A stretch of DNA of 64,000 nucleotides from positions 96,001 through 160,000 of the forward strand of contig CAVSMN010000021.1 in the NCBI GenBank assembly GCA_963729045.1, in the 5' to 3' direction. The notes below the pieces were generated by a model. That model was not told the origin of the DNA. It saw only the letters and a list, made by a program, of their open reading frames with translations, and ran no database searches. Below are positions 21,897-32,910 of this stretch, piece after piece. Positions within the stretch are counted from its first letter, which is position 1. Each line of letters begins with the position of its first letter. Origin of the DNA: an uncultured Nitrososphaeraceae archaeon (GTDB lineage Archaea > Thermoproteota > Nitrososphaeria > Nitrososphaerales > Nitrososphaeraceae). Made by a program: the position numbers and the translations under genes.

Positions 21897-22337
21897 ACAT
21901 CATCTTGTTCTATTCTACTCTATTTTGATGTTCTAAAACGACTATCCTTGGATTACCTATATCTACAGATTACGCTGTTGCAGACACTCTATCAGCTACT
22001 GCTCTTACAGAACTCTTAATTGCCTCAGAGATTCTGAAAAAATATTAGAAGTTTTGTAATAAAACCCTCATTATTAGATAGAACAAACATTTTGCTGAAT
22101 AATTATCGATTTTCGATTATTCAATTATACGGTAGGTATCTTTTCAGATCTCCTAACTTGAAGTCATTGTTGCCAATCGTTGTATTATCAAAATCCTTAA
22201 ACTGGCTGATACTCACTTTCACTTTTAGTTCAGATCTTGGTAAAAGTAATAATCTCTGTGGGCTAAATACAACCATTATATGTTGAAATTTGAAATCTAA
22301 TTAGTGATAAAGAAATAAGTGAACAATAAAAAAAAGG

Positions 22338-22595
22338 TTAGTTGTTTGATTGTCCTAATGCATTACTTCCGGTGTTAGCTTGGAATTGGAAGTTTAAGTT
22401 GTTGCCTGAAAGTATGGAGTCTCCACCAGAAACTACTTGACTATTCTGTTTTGATTTTTGAGATTGACTAATGATTTGTTTTGCTTTGTTACTCTTTTTT
22501 GCTAATGCGTCTTCTGAAATTGCCAATGGGGCTAAGACTAAAGCTAGTGCAAGAACAACTGCTGTTGATACTAGTAATGTTTTACTTGTGTTCAT
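22338..22595 (-). CDS. Small secreted Gln/Asn-rich protein (paralog B, intact)
   Basis: 85 aa from MNTSK; signal peptide, then KKSNKAKQIISQSQKSKQNSQVVSGGDSILSGNNLNFQFQANTGSNALGQSNN*. Confidence 0.85.
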   Translation of the reverse strand: MNTSKTLLVSTAVVLALALVLAPLAISEDALAKKSNKAKQIISQSQKSKQNSQVVSGGDSILSGNNLNFQFQANTGSNALGQSNN

Positions 22596-23216
22596 ACTTG
22601 TAAACCATATCATTACAATTCAACTTATATTGGATATTTTAGATATTTCTATTAATCTTTAGAGGAAAAATTAAACAGAAAAAATTTCTAAACCTATAAT
22701 CCGAATAGCCCAAAGGTCCAGTAAAGGTGTTATGGAAAATCAAAGGTCAAGTTTATGGAAAAAGATTTAACATGGTATATAATATTTGAATGTCGCTTTT
22801 GATAGCCTTAATCATTTACCGGTTTCCTGTCGAATTCTACTTGTTTACTTTTTTTCCAAATATATGCAATCATCTCGGATGATTTTACCAATTATCATAT
22901 TTACATAAATTAATTAAAATTACATATACTAATTCTGAATTCAATCCCCCAGCTACGCTGTTCAACTAAGATATGCAAACCCTAGACTAATGAATCTGTA
23001 TTATAATCGATTTGGTCAAAGATAGTATCGGAATTTTTAGAGTCCGTTGGATTAATACTAGTGTATACACATGAAAAGCACTTTACCCGACATACCGATT
23101 TGAATATAGTCATCTGTAAATCCTACATACCTAGGGCACTTGTAATAGAGTTATAGATACGATAATCTGATTGTTAATATTATTGTTGTTGGCTTTGTTA
23201 GGAGTATAATAGTAAT

Positions 23217-23702
23217 TTGAAGTACAAAAAAGAAGAGATAAATGAAAAAAGCTCCACTAAAGAGTATTGTAGTTGGGGGGAGATAGAATTACTAACATAT
23301 ATTGTTGCAGCTAAAATACAGAATTTAAACAAAAAGTATGATATAATATTAGGAATAACAAATGGTGGAATCATTCCTGCCAGATTAATGGCCCTAGAAC
23401 TTGATATAAATCATATAGAGTTAATACCTGTTAGAAATAAAAAACTGCATATTGAAGAAATGCCTCAATTAATGGCCAATAAAAAGTATCTTGTAGTGGA
23501 TGAAATATATGATACTGGTGAAACATTTTCTAAAGTCAAATGCGCAATGCAAGATTTTGATTGTGATTATGCGTTTCTTATGAGGAGATTCCACGACCCG
23601 AATGGCAATAACCCTGGCAATGAAACAGCATTTATCGGAAAAATATTAAATCATTACAAATGGATCGTTTTTCCATGGGAACAAAAAAACATTATCATAT
23701 GA
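23217..23702 (+). CDS. Purine phosphoribosyltransferase family protein
   Basis: GITNGGIIPA, LVVDEIYDTGET PRPP loop, WIVFPWE. Confidence 0.9.
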   Translation: MKYKKEEINEKSSTKEYCSWGEIELLTYIVAAKIQNLNKKYDIILGITNGGIIPARLMALELDINHIELIPVRNKKLHIEEMPQLMANKKYLVVDEIYDTGETFSKVKCAMQDFDCDYAFLMRRFHDPNGNNPGNETAFIGKILNHYKWIVFPWEQKNIII

Positions 23703-23819
23703 TAGAAAAATGTTTAGGAATTTCTAATTTGTCAAATTGGATTGCATTAGTGATCAACGTGTCCATAAAACTATAAGAACTATGCTTCTCCAAGGAACCA
23801 AGATACCTGATCAAAAAGT

Positions 23820-24267
23820 ATGATTAATGACAGTAGCAATAAATACGATATTCAGCTAGCAGACTTGGAAAGAAAAATCAGTTTAGCTAGAGGTGAAGAG
23901 AAGGTTGATCTGATTATTAAAAATACAAGAATAATAAATATATATTTTCGGGAGATATACATCAAACTACGTAGCAATTTCCGATGGAATCCTTATAGGA
24001 TTTGGTGATGGTTATGATGCTAAATATTCGTATGATGCTCAAGGAATGTATATGTGTCCTGGACTTATTGATGGTCATATTCATATAGAATCTACTTTTT
24101 TGTCGCCAAATGAATTTTGTAATGTAGTAGCAGCTCCTGGAATTTCGGCTGTAATATGTGACCCACATGAAATAGCTAATGTCCTACGGCCAATAGGTTT
24201 GGATTATTTTATACCGTGCAGATATCGTCATAGTTTGCATCAACTACTACATATATACGAACATTGA
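23820..24267 (+). pseudogene. ade: Adenine deaminase 5' remnant
   Basis: ARGEEKVDLIIKNTRIINI, then PGLIDGHIHIESTFLSP...DPHEIANV; frameshifted and truncated. Confidence 0.85.
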
Positions 24268-24396
24268 CTTTTGAAATAATATACCTGTTTCATTTACGCT
24301 TAATCTTCAGTTGGCTTCGACTATAAAGCTAAAATATTACCGAATCAGAAAGAAATGATCAAATATAATAAACTATGTTAATTATGAGGGGAGTAT

Positions 24397-25056
24397 ATGA
24401 GTAGTAGAGATTTTAACCCATTTGACTGGTATAAGAATTTCTTTGGAAGGCATCCAAACAAGAATAGAGGAGGGGGATTCTTCGATGATTACTTTGCCGG
24501 ATTTGAAGAGATGCAAGAGGAGATGGAGAGAATATTTAAACAATTTAATAATATACAATCCAATGCGCCCAAGGAATTGGTAAGAGAATATCAAGCGCCG
24601 GATGGTACCAAAGTGAGAGAAGTTGGACCAATAGTTTATGGATATTCGATGACAATTGGACCTGATGGCAAACCACATATAAGCCAATTTGGAAACGTTA
24701 AGAATTTGGCTGGAGGATCAAACAAGCAAGAACTAAATCTCGCTGGTATGGGCTCAGGACCAGCATTAACAGCTGAAAGAGAACCCCTAGCAGATCTAAA
24801 TACTACTGAAAAGGAAATTAAAGTTATAGTAGAAATGCCCGGAATAAAAAAAGAAGATATTAAAATAAATGCAACTGAAGGCATGGTGGAAATTATGACT
24901 AGTGGTTCTCAAAGAAAATATCACAAAAGTATAGAAATACCGACAGAAGCAGATATCGATTCAGCTAAATCTAACTATACTAATGGTATTTTAGAAATCG
25001 TTTTCAATAAAAAAGAAAATGTGAAACCAAAAGGTAAGGAGGTAAAGGTAGAATAA
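24397..25056 (+). CDS. hsp20: Archaeal small heat shock protein
   Basis: GPIVYGYSMTIGPDGKP, REPL, EMPG, YTNGILEI and a C-terminal VKVE motif. Confidence 0.95.
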   Translation: MSSRDFNPFDWYKNFFGRHPNKNRGGGFFDDYFAGFEEMQEEMERIFKQFNNIQSNAPKELVREYQAPDGTKVREVGPIVYGYSMTIGPDGKPHISQFGNVKNLAGGSNKQELNLAGMGSGPALTAEREPLADLNTTEKEIKVIVEMPGIKKEDIKINATEGMVEIMTSGSQRKYHKSIEIPTEADIDSAKSNYTNGILEIVFNKKENVKPKGKEVKVE

Positions 25057-27238
25057 TGTTGCACAATTGCCATTAATTTTTTGTTCATGCGGTACATGAG
25101 TCTTTCAAAATAATAAACTAAAATGGCAGAAGGAGAGCACTTCAAGAAGCTTCAAACCGATGTTGAAGATCTTCTTAAACGTATAAAGCAAGAACATTAA
25201 AAAGAGTCATCCTCAAAAATTGTCTCTGTAACAAGCCTAGATGAATGGTCAACTATTATGGAATATTTCTACAGGAAATGGATCCTTGGTAGTTTGAACC
25301 GGTTGTTTAAGAATATTCAATGTCTAAAACATAAGCCTTGGATTATAGATTTAGAGAGATCTACTAATTTTTTGTCTCATTTATGTACAATTTGCATTCT
25401 TTTCTGACTTTCCACTGCTATTTTCCAATGTTTGAGTAAAATACTAAAAAATAATTCATAGATTGGGTCGGTGAGCCCTCAATTCATAAGATAATGGAAC
25501 TGAGGGTTTTTTGCTTGAAATAATCTCGGTGATTCTTTAGTTTTTTAAATAATATAATGTAATGTCTATGCTGCTGCATATGCATAATGATATATTCAAA
25601 GCTTTCATAACGCCTTTGGAATTAAATCAGTCTATTATAGTTATATAACATCATGTTCAAAAGATTTGAAAGTAAATAACAGTAAATAATTTAATGACTT
25701 TGTGTGATTGATAATTGATAACCATACAAACAGTAAAGTCATTCAAGAGAATGGTCCGATTTCTTAACCTCATACATACAAAACACACCAGATCAATAAT
25801 TGTCATTGTATTTCTCTTTAGGTCAAAGATTGATGCTTCCTTCCCTAAACCTTTCTTTACAACTTGATGTTTAGTTTAGTTTCATATGATTCTATTGTAC
25901 CCATTATTCTTTTATATTAATAATGATCATATGTATTGACTATTCTACAATTCATAGTACAGTAACTGTTACCCTATATGAGTAACGAATACCCGTTAAT
26001 AAAAAGCTAGCTAGCACTGGTTGAGGCTATTGAGTAAATAGTTACTACAGTTAGATATTCTAACTTGATGATTGTAATTTACATTAATAACATTTTCCCA
26101 CAGTATATGAATACAATGGTGTTTTGACAGGTAATGAGTCGGAATTCTAGGTCACACGCTTCAACATGGCTCCTCCTTCATAGCTAGTAATAGTGATTAT
26201 TTTTTCTCAGCTTTCCTCTGAGACTGAAGAGAGTTGTATTTAGTGAATTGATAAGCATCGGCGTTATAGACATCGGCGCCAGAGAAATATCGATAATATA
26301 GAGACAAGTCTATTCATCAATTTAGGATTTTGTAGAAACCGAACTATTAGTAATTTAATGTAACGTCCAAAATCAATTGAGGTATATGTGATAGAAGTAA
26401 AATCAATAGCTAGAGTTGATCCATGTTCCATTCAAAGAATAAAAGCCGGAGGTCCTAGCACAGTTGGATGAAGACAATAGTGGACATACAACTTATCAAT
26501 GGACTCAACCATTTGTACAATCAAATACACCACCTGTTGTCCTGTGTGACCCTGTATAGTTAAGCCTACTTTTACACTATCTAATTTTTCGCCTTTAAAA
26601 ATCCTACAATTCAAAATAGAAATGGCAATTAATACTAATTTGATTTTGAGATAAAATATTATTCCTAGGTACAACACTGCTTTCACAAATAACAACTTGA
26701 TTAGCTTGATTTCCAATTCTTACTTCATCTAGTGTCGCAAATTACTATTGCATCCATAAAGCAAGGTAGTATAAGTAAAACAAGATAAAATATTTGATGA
26801 TTCGAGTTCACAATTAGTGGGTGATGATCTACGGGTCTCTCACCTCATAATCTACAATACTCTTAATGAGCAGCGTCTACCCTCTAGAGTCTATATAAAA
26901 AATCGAATATGAACAATTAGAATCATTACTTATGTTCTGAGATTTTAGGAATACCCACATGATTTTCACCATACTATAGATCTTGATGTTCATTATCGCA
27001 GTGAACTTGCACACGGATAGGGCCTTCATCTACTAAACAACACGCAAATTTAGCAGAAAAAAGTCCGATTAGGGGTTTGTCTAGTCCGTAATGTCCATAA
27101 TTTCAGTTGCACTAATAGCCAAAAAGCTTTGAAAGCCAAGCCAGAGTGAATCAGGAGGGACTATGCACGTGAATTTGCAATACTCAATTTTAAAGATGAA
27201 ATGAAAGATAAAAGCATCGGACTGTCATAGTTAAGTCA

Positions 27239-28243
27239 TTGCAGCATCCTGGAAAAAAAATTAATTTATCCATCTCAGTTCTTGATTTGGTAATGGTAAA
27301 TGCTGGCAGTTCTCCGAACCAGTCAATGCAAAATAGTTTGGATTTAGCTCGACATGTGGAACGATGGGGGTATAATCGATATTGGCTGGCAGAACATCAT
27401 AACATACCTGGTATAGCAAGTGCAGCTACCTCAGTGCTCATCGGGTTTATTGCAGGAGGTACTTCTACCATTCGAGTTGGCTCAGGCGGGATAATGCTTC
27501 CAAATCACAGTCCTCTTGTCATAGCCGAGCAATTTGGAACCCTGGAGAGTTTGTATCCTGGTAGGATTGATCTAGGTATAGGTCGAGCCCCAGGAACTGA
27601 TAGGCTTACTTCTATGGCCTTGAGGCGTGGTATTCTGGATGAATCAGAAGAAGATTTTCCCAACAGTGTAGAGGAATTAATGAACTATCTGGCACCCCAA
27701 ACCATCACGAAGGAAGTAAGGGCTACCCCAGGAGAGGGATTGAATATACCTATCTGGCTTTTGGGTTCTAGTATATTCAGTGCTCAACTAGCCGCAGCGC
27801 GGGGATTACCATTTGCATTTGCAAGCCATTTTGCTCCTGCCTACTTGGAATCTGCTGTAAATATATACAAAGAACGATTTCAGCCATCTAAAACTCTACA
27901 AGAGCCTTATGTCATGGCTGCAGTAAATGTATTTGCAGCTGATACTGACGAGGAGGCAAGTCGTTTATTCACATCTGTACAACTAATGGCATTGGGAATG
28001 ATTAGAAGAAACCATGGACTACTACAACCCCCAATAGACAACATCGATGAGATATGGGACCAACTTGAAAAATATGCAGTGGGTGAACGGCTCAAATACT
28101 CATTTGTTGGAAATCCTTCTAAGGTTAAGAAGGGTTTAGAATCCTTTTTGAACAGAACTCAGGTAGATGAAATCATGGGTGTTTCTCATATTTACGACCA
28201 TACTGCAAGACTTCGCTCTTTTGAGATTTTATCTTCACTCTGA
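27239..28243 (+). CDS. LLM-class flavin-dependent oxidoreductase (luciferase-like)
   Basis: [37 protein letters not shown]. Confidence 0.93.
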   Translation: MQHPGKKINLSISVLDLVMVNAGSSPNQSMQNSLDLARHVERWGYNRYWLAEHHNIPGIASAATSVLIGFIAGGTSTIRVGSGGIMLPNHSPLVIAEQFGTLESLYPGRIDLGIGRAPGTDRLTSMALRRGILDESEEDFPNSVEELMNYLAPQTITKEVRATPGEGLNIPIWLLGSSIFSAQLAAARGLPFAFASHFAPAYLESAVNIYKERFQPSKTLQEPYVMAAVNVFAADTDEEASRLFTSVQLMALGMIRRNHGLLQPPIDNIDEIWDQLEKYAVGERLKYSFVGNPSKVKKGLESFLNRTQVDEIMGVSHIYDHTARLRSFEILSSL

Positions 28244-28783
28244 CAATAACAAAATATAGCAGATCACTATCCCTGAGCTATTACAAAAATAGTTAACCTG
28301 CTCCCTTTCTAAATTTGTCACATATGTCTTGATATTTCGATGATTATTTGATTCTATAAAATTGCCATTATTTGTTTTGTAATACAAGGCGATTCAAATC
28401 GTATGGCCCTAGTAATATTACCTTGTTCTATGTTGCAGTAGCGCCACGACGCCAATAAAACCAGCAACATAATAACCAAAAGTCTGATGGTTCAACTCAA
28501 TGACTTGAGAATTTTGGCATTAAATAGAATGATGTTCAAAATATTCAAAAGGGCCGTTGGTTGTATCAAGCTGGCGTTCAAATTTCGATTTAATATTGAT
28601 GTCTGCAAACACTATGTTGTATTTCCACTCAACGATAGAGATTGCTAAGTGAATCTCCTAACTTTTGACCTATTGAAGGCGCAGAACAACTCATTAATAA
28701 TACAAATTCAGAAACGGTTGATAGTTCCATCTTTGAACAAATGGATATTTGCTTGCTAAAGAATGGATCATACAATGTTAATC

Positions 28784-28812
28784 GACATTCAAGTTATTTA
28801 TTACCGTTGCCA
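28784..28812 (-). repeat. 29-bp perfect inverted repeat, left arm (partner 29617-29645)
   Basis: GACATTCAAGTTATTTATTACCGTTGCCA is the exact reverse complement of TGGCAACGGTAATAAATAACTTGAATGTC. Confidence 0.9.
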
Positions 28813-28963
28813 CTAATTACAAAACAAGATATACAAGATATGAGAACTCACCATTCTTTATTGTTGAAGAAATAAAAGAAGTAGTGATTACAGAGCTATT
28901 GTGATCAGAAAATTCCGCCAGTTGTAGACAATCTTTTAATAATTACTAATTAATCACCAATAC

Positions 28964-29924
28964 ATGGATAAAATTTCTAATTTTGACAAACAATATAGAA
29001 AACCTGCTTCTCTGATGATTGTTTTTGTAATATGGTCATCGATTTTTTCTATGATTGTTTCAATTAATACTGGAGATTTAGATATTAGTTTATTCCCAAC
29101 AGTTTTTGCTCAAAAGAATCAAACAGGAGTCGGAGATGTTCAAAAAGAGTCTTTGGTAAGAGATGAATCGTTGCAAAAACAGGACACAATAAACGATGAT
29201 AATAAACTTCAACCCGGTATAGTTACCAATCCTGGACCCCAGAACTGTGGAATAAATCCAAATGCACCGCCATGCTGTACACCTGGAGAGGATAAAGGAT
29301 GTATCGGCGAAGTACCCAGAACTGTGGAATAAATCCAAATGCACCGCCATGCTGTACACCTGGAGAGGATAAAGGATGTATCGGCGAAGTACCCCAGAAC
29401 TGTGGAATAAATCCAAATGCACCGCCATGCTGTACACCTGGAGAGGATAAAGGATGTATCGGCGAAGTACCCAGAACTGTGGAATAAATCCAAATGCACC
29501 GCCATGCTGTACACCTGGAGAGGATAAAGGATGTATCGGTAATGATGATAAGGTAAGTATTATGCAATTAGGAACAAATCCACAAAATCTAAAACCAGGA
29601 GACGAATTTAAAGTGCTGGCAACGGTAATAAATAACTTGAATGTCCCAATAAAATATACTGGAGCCCAATGTGGGGGTTCACCTTTAGATATTCAATTTG
29701 ATAACAATGTAAATATTAACTATGCCATAGCATGTCAGGCAATATCTACAGAAACACTAGATACTCATGAAACAACAACAGTACAAGGGAAAGGATATGA
29801 AGTATTAACAGCAGAAAACCCTGGTAAGGTGAATGCACAAGTCACATTCAATTATGGAGTAGAAGGCGACGACGCTAATCAGAAACAAGTAGCAGAATCG
29901 TTTTCATTCGATATAATAAATTAA
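28964..29924 (+). CDS. Secreted protein with four Cys-rich 26-aa repeats and a C-terminal Ig-like domain; two C-tract frameshifts
   Basis: Signal/TM segment ending VFAQ; QNCGINPNAPPCCTPGEDKGCIGEVP repeats; then NPQNLKPGDEFKVLATVIN...FSFDIIN; joins three track ORFs. Confidence 0.8.
29240..29540 (+). repeat. Tandem repeat, 77/78-bp unit, about four copies
   Basis: Units start at 29240, 29317, 29395 and 29472; identical except CCC vs CCCC at the junctions; the last unit is truncated. Confidence 0.97.
29617..29645 (+). repeat. 29-bp perfect inverted repeat, right arm (inside the CDS)
   Basis: Encodes ATVINNLNV; exact reverse complement of 28784-28812. Confidence 0.9.
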
Positions 29925-30160
29925 CAGATAACATCCATCGCAATTCACCTTTCCTCAAAATCTTTATCAAACAACTTTTTTTATCTGTCTATATGTTACC
30001 TTCTGTCATATAATTATTAAGTTCATAGGACACTTTTATGATTTCCACCGACTCAGCGCTATGTTCTATTAAATAGGCTGGTAAGTTTTTTTATCCTCGT
30101 TCATTAACAATTACACATAAGCTTAATAGTTAATCTCTCATCCTATTATCTGACAAAACC

Positions 30161-31855
30161 ATGAATAAGTCAACACAATCGATTACCTTATTTGTCCTTT
30201 TGTTTATCTTATTTTCATTTAGTTGTTCATCGTCTACTATTTTTCTGTCATACGGCGCTTATTTCAAAGCACCTGCATCACCCGATGGTCCGGTTCTAAA
30301 TGACCCTAACCTTGTGGTCGAAAAAGTCAACGACAAACCTTTAAACATTCCTACATCCTTAGCGTTCTTTGGACACAATGATATACTTGTAACTGAAAAA
30401 GAGACGGGTAAGGTAATTAGAGTATTGGATGGACAAGTTAAAGAGAATGTTCCTCTTCTAGACGTTGAAGTGGCTACTGCCATGGAGAGAGGATTGTTGG
30501 GATTGGCTCTTTCAAAAAGCATGAACGACACTAAAACGTATGTTTTTCTATATTACACAGAATCAGGTGGTGGTAAAGATGGTGATGATTTTAATGCCGG
30601 TGTAGAGCCTGTGGGTAACAGATTATACAAATATGAATATCATGACGGAAAATTGATAAATCCTACGCTTCTTTTGGACTTGCCTGCTACCCCTGTGAAC
30701 AATAAAGGGGAGCACAATGGGGGCAAGGTGATAATTGGCCCTGATAGCAACATTTACACGGTAATTGGAGATGTGGGTGCTCACAGAACACAATCTCAAA
30801 ATGTTGTTAATGGTCCTGCAGCTGATGGTACAAGCGGCATCATCAGGCTAACTCCTACTGGTGAATTTGCCGGAGACCCTATTTTTGGAACTGAGGGTCC
30901 ATTAAGGTACTATTATGCAATGGGTATCCGCAACAGCTTTGGTATGGACTTTGATCCTGTATCAGGTACCTTATGGGCAACAGAAAACGGACCAGCAGCG
31001 GGAGACGAAATAAATATGGTTGAACCTGGCTTTAACAGTGGATGGGCTCAAATCCAAGGATTTGCTGATAGCGATATTCTTAATCGCGGTAAATCTGCAG
31101 AAGATTTGTTGATTTTAGGAGATGCCAAATACAGTGACCCTGAATTTTCTTGGAACACTACTGTTGGAATAACCGATGCTAAATTTTTCTCATCTGACAA
31201 ACTAGGTAAACAGTATGAGAACAACCTATTTGTGGGGGATATTAACAACGGCTATATCTACCGATTCACTCTAAATTCAGAAAGAAATGCTATCGAAATA
31301 AACAGAAGCTCCTATGAGGGAAATTTGGATATCTTGGCTGATAAACAGGTAAATACTCCGAAAGAGGTTATTCCACTCATATTCGGAAGTGGTTTTGGAG
31401 GTATTACAGATTTAGAAGTGGGACCAGATGGATATCTATATGTTTTGACTTATTTCGGAGAAATCTATAGAATCATTCCAAAGTTAGACCTTATTGATTC
31501 CGATAATTCTTTACATGCAAATAAATCACAGTCACCACTGACCCAAACCGCACCTTCCGTTTCTAATTCAACCATAGTACAAATAATGGGTATTGAGGGT
31601 GACAGGTCCTACAATCCTAATCCTGTAGTGGTCCAAGAAGGTCAAACAATTCTATGGGTAAACGGTGATGCAATCTCTCACACAGTAACCTCAAATTCTC
31701 ATAAAAATGGATACGAAAATAACTCTGGAATATTGTTTGACTCTACCGCAATATTGCCGGGACACTTTTATAGTAAGGTGTTTGATCTATCTGGCACTTA
31801 TTCGTATTATTGTTTCTACCATCCTACCATGATTGGGCAAGTAATAGTAGAGTAA
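30161..31855 (+). CDS. Secreted PQQ-dependent sugar dehydrogenase family protein fused to a C-terminal plastocyanin-like cupredoxin
   Basis: ERGLLG, HNGGK, GIRNSFG and ENGP..GDEIN propeller motifs; SHTVT...YYCFYHPTM type-1 copper ligands. Confidence 0.92.
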   Translation: MNKSTQSITLFVLLFILFSFSCSSSTIFLSYGAYFKAPASPDGPVLNDPNLVVEKVNDKPLNIPTSLAFFGHNDILVTEKETGKVIRVLDGQVKENVPLLDVEVATAMERGLLGLALSKSMNDTKTYVFLYYTESGGGKDGDDFNAGVEPVGNRLYKYEYHDGKLINPTLLLDLPATPVNNKGEHNGGKVIIGPDSNIYTVIGDVGAHRTQSQNVVNGPAADGTSGIIRLTPTGEFAGDPIFGTEGPLRYYYAMGIRNSFGMDFDPVSGTLWATENGPAAGDEINMVEPGFNSGWAQIQGFADSDILNRGKSAEDLLILGDAKYSDPEFSWNTTVGITDAKFFSSDKLGKQYENNLFVGDINNGYIYRFTLNSERNAIEINRSSYEGNLDILADKQVNTPKEVIPLIFGSGFGGITDLEVGPDGYLYVLTYFGEIYRIIPKLDLIDSDNSLHANKSQSPLTQTAPSVSNSTIVQIMGIEGDRSYNPNPVVVQEGQTILWVNGDAISHTVTSNSHKNGYENNSGILFDSTAILPGHFYSKVFDLSGTYSYYCFYHPTMIGQVIVE

Positions 31856-32523
31856 GTGACTATTTAGTTCTGATGAACTAATAAATAAATCAGAAAAAAT
31901 AGTTACCATTGTTATGTCGACTCGTTTTATGTCTTCTTTAATCTCTTGTTTTTTGGGAAAAGTTATCGAATTTCCAATCATATGTCTGGATTTCTGCCTT
32001 CTTCCATTGATTTTAGATCAATATCTAGATATGATTTACCACATCTCTCTTAGAAGGTATTTCATAATTCCAGTCTTGAGCAATTTGCATATACTATTTG
32101 TTACGACATATTTAAGGTATTTATTAATGGGCCATTGATTACGAATTATTATATTGATTAATAACTTGTTTCACCTGATTACAAAAGGACTCTGTTAAGT
32201 GATAACAAGGAAAAAAATCCATGACAGAAGCAAAAATATAAAAAGAAATATTAACAGACGAAAAAATATGGTACAACGGCTAGAGGAATGTTATAGTTAT
32301 TTTAAGATATTCCTTTAGTTATTGGGTATTATTTTATATTTCATCGATACCATCAAACAAAAAATCAAAAATACTTTATTATTCTATCAATATCTGTTTG
32401 CTCTATCTGATCCACAGTTACTTCCGCTTCCAAAACAATCTTTTATTATAATTATTATATGATTTATTATACTACTTTTAATGATAGGTTCTATATGGTT
32501 TGTTTGTAATCAGTGTTTATTAA

Positions 32524-32751
32524 ATGGTATCTAAGAAAGTTACACCAAAGGATGATAAGAAAGGATTAGCATCTGCTGATAAGGAAACACAAAAGAAGGT
32601 CGCAAGTAAAGGCGGAAAGGCCAAAGCCAAGGCCACTAGTACAAAGGCCACTAGTACAAAGGCCACTAGTACAAAGGCCACTAGTACAAAGGCCACTAGT
32701 ACAAAGGCCACTAGTCCTAAGAAGACCAGTGGCAGTGCTAAGAAAAAATAA
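32524..32751 (+). CDS. KGG-motif stress protein with a histone-tail-like KATST repeat extension
   Basis: KGLASADKETQKKVASKGGK fits the KGG stress-induced motif; then (KATST)5 KATSP. Confidence 0.8.
   Translation: MVSKKVTPKDDKKGLASADKETQKKVASKGGKAKAKATSTKATSTKATSTKATSTKATSTKATSPKKTSGSAKKK
32629..32715 (+). repeat. 15-bp coding minisatellite AAGGCCACTAGTACA, five copies plus a 12-bp partial
   Basis: Perfect tandem copies read directly from the sequence. Confidence 0.97.
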
Positions 32752-32910
32752 TATCTAATTCATAATATATTATTTTTAATAAATTTTATTTCTTTATTAA
32801 TCGTGAAACCATATGAAATAATGGCATGTTTAATTAAATAAGATCTGTCTTATGATAAGTCCATTTTGCAAATAAGAGTATTTCGTAATTCCATATTATT
32901 TTTGGTTAAT

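Noticed and set aside
25057..27238. 2.2-kb gap including the 26432-26716 ORF and a 25-codon ORF near 25123
   Set aside because: No family motifs, long repeats or RNA structure that I can support; probably eroded genes.
29240..29540. Possible CRISPR array
   Set aside because: The units are wholly identical with no unique spacers, are 26 codons long and lie in a coding frame; no cas genes are present.
29090..29567. Three minus-strand repeat ORFs
   Set aside because: Shadows of the 78-bp tandem repeat.
32520..32711. Minus-strand ORF of VAFVL repeats
   Set aside because: Antisense shadow of the KATST repeat gene.
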